Assembly: GCF_030144855.1 (NCBI RefSeq)
Contig: NC_082707.1
Location: 71,176,001 to 71,240,000, forward strand
From: Hypanus sabinus
Taxonomy: Eukaryota
Direction: 5' to 3'
Length of the DNA stretch: 64,000 nucleotides
The notes under the pieces were generated by a model. The model was given only the letters and a program-made list of their open reading frames with translations. It was not told the origin of the DNA and did no database searches. Shown piece after piece: positions 36,196 to 49,195 of this stretch (the first letter of the stretch is position 1; each line of letters begins with the position of its first letter). The position numbers and the translations under genes are program-made.

Positions 36196-38519
36196 GTTGA
36201 GATATCTGAGTGGATGAAGAGATGGATCTACCCTTTTTGATTCTTCCAAAAATGTTGTTGATTTCTTTGCAAGCAAATGCATTTGTCATCCTAGAGCAGG
36301 CAGAGTGATGCTCAGAATGGGTGTTGGAGCAGGATCCTAACATTCATTTCATTTGTGGGCCTATCTGTAAATTGCTGTGGCACTTTTGGGTGCTATTATT
36401 ATACTTTACATTTACACATTGTAAAATATGCTGCTCTGGATTGAGGCTGAGCCTGAATGTTCACAGGGGAGATGGGTAGATGTGATAATGAGAGGAAAAA
36501 AAGCCCTGTGGATGCAATTGAGTGTAAGTTGCCAAGGAAGGTAGGGTGTGCTGAGTTTTGGAGGGTGCATATCTTCCATAATGATTAGGTGGAAGATCAT
36601 TGATTAGGTGGAAATAGGAGTCGGGTATAGTGTTCGGATAAGAATGAAGGGTTGGAAGGAAGGGTTGCAGTGAGGTACATGTGGAGTAGTAATCATGCGT
36701 TCATCACAGAATCGGTGTTTCAGAATCTCAGGGACTGGATGAAGTGAAGGTTCAGCAGCATCAGAAATTCAGTTTGGGAGCCCTGAGCAGACAGAGGATT
36801 ATGACTCACTCCATTCTCTCCGCACCCAATCCTCACCCACTTTGCCTTTGTTTGATTCTGTACTTGATTAAACCAGTACCATCTGAAACATTATGGTGTT
36901 GATGAAAGATTATTAAACAAAAATGTTAACTATCTCTTTGCAGCTATTTCCTGACTTGTTGAATGTTTCCTGTATTTTCTTTCCCTAACAGTAATAAACT
37001 AACTTGCTTATATCCTGTTTTGATTATGTATTTGAATTTCAATCAATTTTATTCACATTTTTAATGCTGTTAATATACAGTAAATTACTTCCACAACTTA
37101 AGGATTTTGACATTGACTGTTGGACAGGTATACAGGACCGGAATGTGTCACCACACAGATATCAACAGCTAGCAGTATCCCACGGAACCACCATCAACAC
37201 AATATGGTCTCTTTTCTTTGCACAGGTGTTGACAGATTCCAAAATACTTGTATTTTGCTTGGCTTTTATTTTTCCATTACTCAAGATATTTTTTATTGTG
37301 AGTTACACTGTGCTTTCAGAATTAATCTCAAAGTCTGTCAGTTCCAGTTATTTGTTAGAGGATGCTGAGAAAGTTTCTCGCTGATGAAGAGGAAACTTCC
37401 ATACAGAGTGAGGGGGTATAGACAACTTACCCTTGGATGTTCGATGCAATTATCTTTAAAATGACAGCTTGAATCATGATGGTTGTCTCAGAATGATATG
37501 AGGCTTGGAAGTTAAAGAGAGGAAGAAAAATAATTTGAAAGAAAATAGTGGAAAGATATTGCAGTGTTATTAACATGAAAATCAATGCCCACTTTCCTAT
37601 TGGAAACAAAAACCTCGACCTGAAATCCAATAAAGATGTGAACTATTTAATACGTGCTGGATTAGAGAGGTGACTAGTTTCAGTTGGAGATGAGAGTTGA
37701 CAGGACGGTAAATTGCATTTTAATGAAAAGACTTTGTGCAATAAATCCACCTCTAATACGTGTTATGCTGCTGAAAGGCCAACCTAAAGTCACCAGAGCC
37801 TAGCTGTGCTGGGTCTATTGTGTATTCTATTATGGCAGAGATGTTATGTTTGGATAAACTGAACACAGTTATCCATGGGCAAGTTAAAACATCAACATTT
37901 GGGTCACAGCAATGGGATCTTAAAAGTATAAAACCCTTCATGGAACTGAACCAATGTTGGAGAAATTGCCAAGTATATTTGGTAATCAGGATGATATGTT
38001 CAGAAGGTTTGTTAACTTTGTTTGAAGTGTTGCCACTTGTATATTAATTTAGTGAAATAGATATGATTGTAATATAAATCAGATTTACAAAGTCATGTTG
38101 CAGTATGGATGCCAAGTGGAGTATGCTACTGGAAAGTAAATAAGCATGCATCTGTATCACTAGTGGATGCTTCTTTGGGGCTACATTTGCACATTGAATC
38201 TGTCAGAATTGTCTACAAATTGTGTTGATGTCACACTAGTGTGGACACATGCAAATGTCTACTGGAAGTATGCAGGACAGGCACATCATGATGTTAATCA
38301 GAATGTAGCACTGATTTGAAACCAGTATTTTCATTATGGGGCTCAACTATTAAGATAAAGTCCCATTTTAACCTTATACAGTTGAATACATATGAAGCAT
38401 CAAAAAAGATTGCCCTTCAGGGAACTTCAAAGGAATCATCAGCTCTTTTAGGTTTGTTGCTGGTAGACTTCTTCTGGCTGTTGGCACAATTCTACATGTT
38501 TGTTGTTTACTATTCTTGC

Positions 38520-38840
38520 TTCAAGCAGATGAAGTCTTCAGGGAACAGTATGGCTGATGCTGAAGAACCATTTGCTCACTTCAGGGTTTCTGCACAAACA
38601 ATTTGCCCCAAGGCAGGTGTGCATTTTTGAGTATTCCAGGCAGCATGGCTGGGAGAATGAGGAGAGAACATGTGGAGCAGGTCAAGTTGCTGAAAATCAG
38701 CGGAGAAGGACCTTGATGACATTGAGCGTCCTGGTGCAATTTTCAAACTTGAACTTTGGGAAGGAATATTGAAACATCCACATTTCAATAAACTTTGCAC
38801 TTTCTGTAGTCAAAGGGGCAAAATCTGAGTGGGTTTGAAC
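38520..38840 (-). mobile_element. Possible very old L2-type LINE fragment
   Basis: Faint similarity to the L2 C-terminal motifs SRLDYCN...LQxxQNSAARIL (TGCCTGGAATACTC...TCAGCATCAGCCATACTG). Heavily decayed. Confidence 0.3.
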
Positions 38841-39219
38841 ATGGCTGTGGTTGGTGGGTGGCTGAATATTCACCGTTCCATGAGGGTGGTCAATGAAGCC
38901 CTTTGTTCAAAGAATTATAAATTCATACAGTTTAGAAACAGGCCCTTCAGCCAACTGAGTCCATGTAGCACTCTTATGAACCCAAGACTAATTATGTTTT
39001 CATTCACTCCACCTTCCCTTCAATTTCCTCCAGATTCTACTGCTCATCTTCATGCTAAGAGTTGTTGGAGTAAATCCATACTGTCGCAGGAGAATTTCTT
39101 GAATTCCATATGCACAGTGCCCCAGTTCAAGGTCAAGCCCCATTTGCTGGAGCTGTGAACAGCAGCTCTCTCAGCTATGCCTCTGAGCTATGCTTAGAAA
39201 ATTGATTATCTTAACCCTT

Positions 39220-39525
39220 TCATCAAATTCCAGAATCTGCAACCCTTTGCTATCTCCACTTACCACCTTCCACCCTCTGCCTCTACCTTCACACACATAT
39301 TCCCCAACTAGTTCAAATGGCCATTGTCACTCACTTCGCCTGGTTCTGCCCATCGCCTGCCAGGTCCTGCCTCATCCCTCCCTCTCCTCTATACTGTCTA
39401 TCTCTTCTCTCTGCTCTCAGTCCTGTTGCAGGGTCTTGGCCCAAAATTCTCGACTATCCTCGTCCCACCACAGATGCTGCCTGATCTGTTGCATTCCTCC
39501 AGCAGTTTGTTTTTTGCTTCTGACA
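39220..39525 (+). mobile_element. Penelope-like element tail (degenerate)
   Basis: Pyrimidine-rich tract, then CAGTCCTGTTGCAGGGTCTTGGCCCAAAA...CAGATGCTGCCTGATCTG...CCTCCAGCA. Confidence 0.6.
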
Positions 39526-41831
39526 TCATTCATTTATTGTTGATGGAGAAGAATAGGTGAAGAGACTGCATGGTTTTGGAAAGACTGGCGTATTCTCCAG
39601 AGTGCAGCTGGCTGCATGTTCCTCACCTTTCCTTGTACCAGAGACGAAAATAATTCCATTCCCCAGGTTTAGTGCAACCACAACCAGTCAGATGTACCTT
39701 CTACCCTGTAATAGGACTATTGAGCGGACGTATTTTATGAGAAGATGGACTCTTGATCTCACAATCTAATTTATTGTGGCCTTGCAGCTTGATGCCTGCC
39801 TGCATGGCATGTACATTGTACCCGTAACGCTATATTTTGCGTTTTGCTATTGTTTCCCTTTGATACTACCTCAATGTAGTGATGCAATGAAATGATCTTT
39901 GTGGGTAGCGTGCAAAACAGTTGTTCACTGTACCTTGGTACTGGTGACTGTAGCAGGCCAATAAACAATCTGACTTTGTCCCAGGACATCAAGCCAAAAA
40001 ATGAAGCAAGATGTTTTCACAGGTCTCAAATCTATTGGGGAACAGTGGGCATGCAGTGCTCAAAACATGCATGGGTAGAGCACTGATAAGCCCAAAACTC
40101 TTATCCAGTTCCTGAGATGCTGTGAAGGAGTTCTCCATCAATCTTCCCATTGGTTAAGTGTATGTATGTGACTTCACAAGTGTATGTATGTATGTGTTTA
40201 CTATTCCTTACTACCATTCGTACACTGGACTGAAGAGAAAGGTAAGTGAAATTTGGCCAATCCCATTCTGTGATGAAGTTGTTGTCACTGCTCTCAGTAA
40301 ATGCAGCCTCTGTTTCCTATTGATCAGCTGTTTCCAGTTTATCCTGTCAATGAGAGTTGAACAAAGTGGCTGGAACACTGGTTACCTTTGTTGAATAACT
40401 GGCAGCAGATGAGAATTTTGGGTGTGAAGTTTTAAACAATTCACGTGTCTGGTGGAATTATGAATGTTTAATGCAAGTGCTGATTGGTAGAGGATTTTGA
40501 TGGATTATAATGGCACACTGAGTGATAGAGTTATGCCATTGGTTGGAAATGGTAATTGATACTACATTCACTGCCCCTAAGCTCTTTGAAATTCTTGAAG
40601 TACAACATCCAGATCTTTGTGCCTTGTCTCCTGGCACTGGCCACCAGAATCTTCTTCTGCAGTCTCTGGGGGAATATCAGGAGTGCACTCAGCCACCTTG
40701 TGAACATTTCTTGACATCTTCACCTTCCTCCTTAGTGAAGTGCAGCATCCAAAAAAACATAGTGGAGCCTGTGCTTTTTGATCTTGCACCCTGAATTCTT
40801 TGGCAAGACACAGCCAACTTGGTGATGGCTCTTTCGATTCAAGATGTGCAGTCTAATTTGAAACAGTACATCTACCATAAACTGATTCTAACTGCTCATT
40901 AAATTGGCTTCTTTTCTTACTGGGTACATAAGCATCTGATCAGTTCAGTTAACAATGTGAGGATGCTGATACTTTTGCTATAAACAGGTTATTGCCTGCG
41001 GTCATGCAATAAAATTTTTGCATGTTTTGTGAGATCATCAAATCTACCTGCTTTGATTTTAACTAATTGTTCAAATGACATTTTGACAAAGCAAAACTCT
41101 ATGCAATATCTTCAGTACAGTTATCTTTGTAGATGTAATGGAAATATGCAATGAATCTGAGAAGATAAACCACTGACATGAAATTTGTAGCAATTTGTTT
41201 TAATATTTTCATCACTCCTGGATAGATGCAATTTACCCTGAAACATTTCTTTGGATGAAGTGTCTTTGTCAACATTTCAATTCTGGACAATATAGTGATG
41301 AGGGTCTTCAGTGACATTTCTTCAGTGCATTCCTTCTGTAATTATGTATTAAACTGAACAGTGTATGGGTTAACTGTAATTTTAGCAATATTATTAGGAA
41401 CTCAAATGAAAAGCTGTCAGTGGAATCTAATAGAAGATTAAATCTGACTTGGCCTGCTCATAAATTGAATATGGGAAGATGTCATGCAGCACAAATCCAT
41501 GACTGAACATCAGTTGTCAGGCATTTACTGGCATTGTGCTAGTGTAAAAGAAAAATCTTCGACAGGGTAATAAATTGACCTTGTGAGAAAAGGCTGGGGG
41601 CACTCAATTGACCTGCAGGAAGAAATCTTCAATCTTATTCCAGCAGGTATAACTATATTGGAACATTTTGAGTGTGTTGATGAGAATTTAGAAGTATGTT
41701 TGTTTATCAGTAAAGTTGTAAGAAGATCCTAATAGGGTGCAGAAAAGATAAATAAGCAATACTGAATGGGTGTTGAGCCATGCGGCTGGTTGGAACTTTA
41801 ACTTCTAGTCTGCTTTGTTAGCAAATTTCTT

Positions 41832-42019
41832 TCGCATTTCCCCCTCCCCCCACTACTTTCAAATCTCTTGCTGTCTTTCCTTTCGGTTAGTCCTGATGAA
41901 GGGTCTCGGCCTGAAACGTCGACAGTGCTTCTCCCTATAGATGCTGCCTAGCCTGCTGTGTTCTACCAGCATTTTGTGTGTGTTGTTGTTTGAATTTCCA
42001 GCATCTGCAGATTTCCTTG
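41832..42019 (+). mobile_element. Short Penelope-derived unit with 16-bp target-site duplication
   Basis: TGTTAGCAAATTTCTT at 41816-41831 and 42020-42035 flanks a 188-bp insert homologous to the Penelope tails at 20880-21652 and 47465-48730. Confidence 0.85.
41890..41923 (+). ncRNA. Minimal type I hammerhead ribozyme motif
   Basis: gtc-CTGATGA-agg(gtctcgg)cct-GAAA-c-GTC^gac: intact core boxes, 3-bp stem II, palindromic ACGT in place of stem III, and stem I gtc/gac. Predicted cut after 41920. Confidence 0.7.
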
Positions 42020-42837
42020 TGTTAGCAAATTTCTTGCAAGGTGCGGATGAGCAAAATTAACTCAATCTTAAGTGGCTGCAGTATCCAGTGCTAAGAAAAT
42101 AGAAAAGGGTAGTGGCCAGTTTTTCATCATCATTCAATAAAATGCTGGTCAAAAAAGTCTCCCTCAAATGAAGATTGTACGCTTTGTGCAGTGCCAGGTA
42201 ATATGTGATTTTCTTTTCCGCTTTTCTCGGTCCTATACGTGTATAAAACGCCCTAATTCTGGGTATATAGAGGGCACAGTACCTGGTGTGATATCAGCTA
42301 CAAACATAAATGACATACAGTCATCCACATTAGGAGGAAGGGCACATGGTCTCAATCCTATTTTGCTTTTTCATTATCCCAACTATGCAGTCCACAAAGT
42401 TCAAAGGAAATTTATTATCAGAATACGTAAATGTCATAATATACTACCCTGAGATTCATTTTCTTGCAGGCATTCACAGCAGATACAAAGAAACATACTA
42501 GGATCAATGAAAAACTGCATGCAAACATAGACGTCAAACACCAACGTGCATAAGAAAGCAAACTGTGCAATTACAAAATACAAATAATATTGGGAACTTG
42601 AGTTGCAGAGCCCTTGAAGTTGAGTCCATAATTTGTAGAATAGTACAGTGTTGAGTTAATTATTCACACTGTCTCTGGAGCCTAATAGTTGAAGGGTAGT
42701 AACTGTTCCTGAGGCTGGTGGTGTGGGACCTAAGTCTTATGCTGGCACCTCAGTGACCTTTCACCCATTGGTTATCACAAATCTTATCTATCTCAGCTTC
42801 AGATAATTCAATGACTCTGCTTCCACTGGCCCTTTTA

Positions 42838-43536
42838 AGGTTCAAAGATCCAATTTAACATCAGAGAAATGTATACAATATACATCCTGAAATGCTTTTT
42901 CTTCACAAACATCCATGAAAACAGAAAAGTGCCCCAAAGAATGAATGACAGTTAAATGTGAGAACCCTAAATCCACCCCCCATTCCCCCCCACATGTAAA
43001 TGGCAGCAAGCAGAAATCTCCCCTCCCCCACTGGCAAAAAAAAGCGAGCATCAGCACCACCACCGAGCGCAAGCGTGAGCAAGGCAACAGCAAAGACACA
43101 GACTTGCAGATACCCCAAAGACTTCGCATTTCATCCAGCATTCAGCAAACCACAGGTTCTCTCTCTCCCTAAGAATGGAGAGGGAGGTATCTCCCATTTT
43201 CACAACGAGCAGGAGACATATCAACAACCCGCCAGTTTACGATGTTAAAAGTCCATTTTATAGCTTTTTATGAGCTCTGTGCCTGAAGGTCGCAAAGATT
43301 TCGGGTCTTTGGGCCCACAGTGAAAGATTTTCTGGCCTCTCCGATGACACGTGAGTCTCCTGCCATGACACCAAACCTCGATTTGCCCGTCTCCAGAGCC
43401 CCAAGATCTTAGGCTTCCGAATATGAGTGAGGCTCTCAGGCTGAACCCTTGGTATGTCGGATAATGGCCAGTCCTGAAGATATTACAGATGGAAATAGAG
43501 CTATTTCTGATGATGCAAGCAAAGAAGTCTCTGTTA
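42838..43536 (-). mobile_element. Non-autonomous LINE-derived element inserted in an old CR1 fragment
   Basis: TTTGAACC tail at 42839-42846; near-duplication ACTCTGCTTCCAC (42814-42826) and ACTCTGCCTCCAC (43537-43549); the host CR1 3' sequence continues on both sides. Confidence 0.6.
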
Positions 43537-44967
43537 ACTCTGCCTCCACATCTGGTTGCCAAGGAAGAAAAGTTCCAAAGACTTGTAACCCTACACAGAA
43601 GAACTGTTACCCCTTATTTGTCTTAATTTTGATTGTAAACTCTAGTTCTAAATTCTCTCACAACATGTTCTCTACATTTACCTTATTATGATTCATTCAT
43701 ATCTTTTAACTTTTAATCAAAAGACCTTTCACCTGTCTCTTCTCTACTAATTTCTCTTCTTAGGGTCACCAGCCCATATCAGGCACCAGAGTTTCTCCAG
43801 CTTTCTGTGTGTGCTGCCTCAGATTTCCACCATTGTACCTTTAAATCCATTGCATTTCGGTAAAACTGATATTTGTTTCCCTTTGGCTAATTGATTTGCT
43901 TTAAAATGCTGCTCAACTTGCTCAATCGCGATCCTCCTTTCAGCCTTCTGGAGCGGGTCCTATCCAAGCACATTGAAGAATGCCTGTCCAGGCTACATAG
44001 TTGTGTGCAACTCCTCAGGCTTTGTGCGTCACTTTATTTTGCAACAAATTCTTGACAGAATATCTGTTAGCCAACTGTAAATTATCCTTTAGTTTGCCTT
44101 TGGAGGCATCATTCAGTAGTTCTTGGGCACTTTAGGTTGAGTCCAAAAATACTGTTACATTTTGCTTTCTTTTTTGCCTCTCAGTCCAGTACAATGCGAA
44201 CTCTCACTCTGCTAAAGAAAAGTCCCAAGAATAGCAACCACACCAGATACTGGCAGACTTTCATTGGAATAAATGGCAGCATGAATTACCCTCTTCCATA
44301 AATAAAGACATTCTGGTTATGTATTAATTTCACTTCCCTTTAATTATTCTGTGAATGACATTCATTTCATAAGATTAGTGCTTCTTCATCTCTTGGAAAA
44401 AAAAACAAATACAGCATGTTGAATATATAACTGGCATCTGGATAATTCCTGCTTCTAGTTCTATAATAAGGTTACTGTACATGTCTGGATATACGATTAG
44501 CAGATTTCTAAATTAAGGATCATCTAAGTTGACCAGCCCATTTTATATGCATGACTTCACATTTTTTCCAAAATGTATTTAGCTCTTGTTTTTAATAAGT
44601 GGCTGTGCACTGCCTAGTGAGGAATATCTATCTTGGGAAAATTATGAACAAGTTTCACTTGTTCGGTAGTCAGTGCTAAGAGGACAACTCCCAAACTGGG
44701 CTGATGGATGGATTGCTGAACAGAAAGTTGCCCTTCTCACAAATGATGTCCAGGCAGGTTCCCTGTTGAATTAAACTGGAGCATATTGATGTGGTTTCCT
44801 GAAGATGATATCTGACAGGGATCTGATCAGGAAAAGATCTGATCAGGGATCAGGAAAAATCTGACCTCATTGCCAATATCAGTTCAGGAGGTGGGTTATT
44901 GGGCATTGAAGGTGAAGATGCCTCTCTGAATTGAGGATGTAATAGAAAAAGGAGTAGGTTAATGACA

Positions 44968-45105
44968 AGCAAAGGAGCTGCAAATGCTGGGAACCTGAAA
45001 TAAAAACAAAAACTGCAGGAAACTCTGAGCAGGCCAGTAGCACCTGTGGAAAACAAAATATGAACAAATGTTTCAGGTCCAAGACCCCGCTTCAGAACTA
45101 GAAGG
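44968..45105 (-). mobile_element. Short Penelope-derived tail unit (degenerate)
   Basis: Minus strand AGTTCTGAAGCGGGGTCTTGGACCTGAAACAT...GGTGCTACTGGCCTGCTCAGAG...CCCAGCATTTGCAG. Confidence 0.6.
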
Positions 45106-47464
45106 GAGAGAGAAAAAACAAGTTGGTTTTTGCTAACTACACCACTGCTTAAAAGAGCAGAAAAATCTTTCACAGTTCTAACAAAGGAATTTGGACTTGA
45201 AGCATTATCCATTTCCTTTCCAAATATGTTGTATGAGCTACTAAGTGTATCTGGCACTTTCTGTTCTTTTTCTTTTAAGCCTTAAGCAAATTTGGAGATG
45301 CAAGTAAGATGCTTATCAATGTGCACTGCTGTCGCCATGACCTCCTGAAAGTAAAAATAGTATCAAACTAATTAAATAACAACATGAATAAGAACTCAAC
45401 CAATACTGCAGTGAAACAGCTCCATCTGTTTACATTTGCTAACTCCCTTAACTTGTAGTTGCTTGCTCTTTCCAGATTTAACACCTCACTTTCTACTACT
45501 GCTAGAATCATGGTGATAACTTAGATTAAAGTATGTATTTCAACAAATCAATAGGCATGAAATAGAGGTATTTATAGCTATTTTCTATTCTCTTCGTTGA
45601 AAGGAACATTATCTGCTATTTCACAATGACATTCCATTATACCAAGAACAAGCAAAGTAGTAACCTACTGCTAAAATGTAATTGTAACTTATTTCATGGT
45701 CAACATTCCAAGTGAGTTCTACTTTTTATTAAATATATTATTTTGCAGCCTAAATTTTCTGGTTAATTAATGGCTTTCTCCATTGACCCTGGTGAAAGAG
45801 CCTCTGCAACATTGCTTTTGTTTCCCTCATGTGACATCCTAACAGGTGCCAGCAAAGAAGGGTTTGTTTTATTTGACAAGCGATGTCACAAAAGTATTCT
45901 GAAAGGCCAATCAGAATAAGAACGTCTCTCATATAGCAAAAATAAATCCCAAACTACTTTCATGTTTTATTAATTTTGCAGGAAGTGAAACACAGACTGG
46001 GAATAAATACTGAAATATCAGCGAAATTAAAAATGAAAAATAAAGACCATCATCTGCAAAATGAACAGTTTAAATTAGGTTTTAATGGCCAAACATGTTA
46101 CTCAGTAGTTGCTAAAAGTTAGTTTGCAGTTTATAATCACTTGCATTTATTCAACATTTTTAATTGTTTATACAAGGAAATTTGTGTTTAAGAAGTTAAA
46201 AATATTCTCTAATCATTGCTTCTCTGGTGTTTGCATTTGTGTGTTTGACATTAGCTTGATAATTTAGCACATTCTATTCTCCTGCCAGTTCTATGACCAT
46301 TTCTAACATAAAAATGTCATTCCTGCCTATGTTTGACATTTAGTAACACAGAAACAGCCCATCTAGTCTGTGCCAGCCTGGTCAATGGTCAAAAGATAAT
46401 GGGTGCATAGGTACTTTACCATCTGCTGGTTTCCTTCTAAACCACAGAGTATCTCCATTTTCATGTCATTTGTGCTAAATCCTGAAATCCATTATGTAAC
46501 AGCAGATAATTTTACCCTATAGACACATGGAAGGCAGCTTGTCCCATTGTACCATTAGGCATTTAGGGGTTCTCATTAAGTGCGGGTCTATGCCATTATT
46601 GCCCCGTACTCCTGACTGAAGGGAAAGGTAGTGATATCCATGGAAAACCCGATACCACGAAGAGTAGACACTGGTTTTCCTGTTTGCAGGTGGCAGGAGT
46701 TGCTCTTTGTATAACTGTGTTGGTGAAGCTGAAAGTATTGGCAACATTGCAATTTCAGAGAGACTTTAAAAATAGAAGCCCTCTTTGTTTTCAAAACCTC
46801 TAATCATGTGATTGTTTAATTTTGTAGTTTAGATTGCACCTCTTTGTTAAATCATAAACATTCTTCTCCAAGTGTTGCATTTATCTTCTTTCTTTAGTAA
46901 CATTACAAACTCCCAAAGCCAATGAAGTATTTTTGAAGAGCCAATTCTGTTTATTATAAAAGGTACAGCAGACAGTTTTCACTTAACTCCCACAAGCCCA
47001 ATGTGATATTGGCTTGATAAACTGTTTTAGTAATTGTTTAGAAACACAACCGTTGGCCAAGGCACCTGGAATAATAACCCTGATATGGAATTTTTATGTT
47101 CATCTTGCAGAATATGTGGGCTTGGCATAATGATTCATTGGGAAGTCTATGCCTTCAAATGCTTCTTTAGGTCAGCCCTCAAGTTATCAAAGATTTTGCT
47201 GCTGCAGTATCTGGAGTTGGTCTAGAAACCTGAAAAATGTAACTCAGGAGTAATAACTACCTGCCATGGTCTGGTGCATGTGAGTTAACACATTGATCTA
47301 AGATTGAGGTTGCTACATTTTTTAAGTAAATATTTATGATCTTTTCATTTGACAATGATAGTATAACAAAACCCTGCAAATTTTTAAAGGATGTTTAAAA
47401 TGTTCACCATTCAAAGTGTAGTGAAGCAATACGTAGTTTTCTAAAACCTTCCACTCTGTTGTAA

Positions 47465-49195
47465 TCAACATACATAAAATGCCGACGGAAATCAACAGGT
47501 CAGACAGCAACGATGGAAGTGGATAAACAGTTGATGTTTGGGGCCGAGATCCTTTATCAATAGACAATAGGTGCAGAAGTAGACCATTCGGCCCTTCGAG
47601 CCTGCACCACCGTTCTGAGATTGTGGCTGATCATCTACTATCAATACCCGGTTCCTGCCTTGTCCCCATATCCCTTGATTCCCTTATCCATAAGATACCT
47701 ATCTAGCTCCTTCTTGAAAGCATCCAGAGAATTGGCCTCCACTGCCTTCTGAGGCAATGCATTCCAGACCCCCACACCTCTCTGGGAGAAGGTTTTTCCT
47801 TAACTCTGTCCTAAATGACCTACCCCTTATTCTCAAACCATGCCCTCTGGTACTGGACTCTCCCAGCATCTGGAACATATTTCCTGCCTCTATCTTGTCC
47901 AATCCCTTCTTATATCCAATCTTATATGTTGCAATCAGATGCCCTCTCAATCTCCTTAATTCCAGCATGTACAAGCCCAGTCTTTCTAACCTCTCTGCGT
48001 AAGACAGTCCAGACATCCCAGGAATTAACCTCGTGAATCTGCGCTGCACTTTCCTGTACAGCCAGGATGTCCTTCCTTAACCCTGGAGACCAAAACTGTA
48101 CACAGTACTCCAGGTGTAGTCTCACCAGGGCCCTGTACAAATGCAAAAGGATTTCCTTGCTCTTGTACTCAATTCCCTTTGTAATAAAGGCCAACATTCC
48201 ATTAGCTTTCTTCACTGTCTGCTGCACCTGCTCATTCACCTTCAGTGACTGATGAACAAGGACTCCGAGATCTCTTTGTATTTCTCCCTTACCTAACTCT
48301 ACACTGTTCAGATAATAATCTGCCTTCCTGTTCTTACTCCCAAAGTGGATAACCTCATACTTATTCACATTAAACGTCATCTGCCAAGTATCTGCCCACT
48401 CACCCAGCCTATCCAAGTCACCCTGAATTCTCCTAACATCCTCATCACATGTCACACTGCCACCCAGCTTAGCATCATCAGCAAACTTGCTGATGTTATT
48501 CTCAATGCCTTCATTGAAATTGTTGATGTAAATTGTAAACATCTGTGGTCCCAATACCGAGCCCTGTGGCACCCCACTAGTCACCACCTGCCATTCCGAG
48601 AAACACCCATTCACCGTTACCCTTTGCTTTCTATCTGCCAACCAGTTTTCTATCCATGTCAATATCTTCCCCCCAATGCCATGAGCTCTGATTTTACCCA
48701 TCAATCTCCTATGTGGGTCTGAGAAGGAAGGGGTAAGAAGGCAGGATAAGAAGGTGGGGGAAGGGCAGTAGGAAAAGTTGGAAGGTGATAGGCGAAGTCA
48801 GTTGGGTAGGGGAGGGGAGATGAAGTAAGAAGTTAGATGGTAAATGGAAAAGGCAAAGGACTGGAGAGGAAGGAATGTGACTGGAGAGGAGAGTGGTAAT
48901 GGGAGAAAGGGAAGAAGGAGAGGCACCAGGGGCAGGTGATAAGCAGGTGAGGAGAAGAGATAAGAAACCAAGTGGGGAAATGAAGGAGAGGGAAGGAGGA
49001 AGAGAAAACATTGCTGAAAGTTGGAAAAATTGATGTTCGTGCCTTCAGGTTGGAGGCTGCCTTGACAGAGTATGAAGTTGTTGCTCCTCTAACCTGAGAA
49101 TGGCCTCGTCATGGCAGAGGAGGCGGCCATGGACCAACATGTCAGAATGAGAATGCAGATGAGAATTGAAATGGTTGGCCACCAGGAAATTCTGC
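47465..49195 (-). mobile_element. Penelope-like element 3' fragment split by a CR1 insertion
   Basis: 49020-49195 is the reverse of the post-GIY-YIG segment seen at 20570-20730. A pyrimidine tract spans 48720-49010, and the tail resumes at 47559-47465. Confidence 0.75.
47560..48715 (-). mobile_element. 5'-truncated CR1 LINE; RT pseudogene fragment
   Basis: ORF 47922-48704 has VTSGVPQGSVLGP, KFADD and HLEYCVQFWSP; CTATTGTCTAT tail. Confidence 0.95.

Noticed and set aside
37431-37503. Candidate minus-strand exon with a GTAAGT donor
   Set aside because: Unrecognised peptide and no supporting gene structure.
40560-40860. Coding-looking minus-strand stretch, faintly like an L1/Tx1 C-terminus
   Set aside because: Similarity too weak to assign without a profile search.
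41100-41340. Minus-strand segment resembling a LINE pre-RT region (KxxGxxxIxP)
   Set aside because: Too decayed to name a family.
44810-44866. Short imperfect tandem repeats (GATCTGATCAGG)
   Set aside because: Ordinary slippage duplication; no spacer structure, not CRISPR-like.
48709-49011. 100-aa Pro/Ser/Leu-rich ORF
   Set aside because: Artefact of the pyrimidine-rich tract of the Penelope tail.
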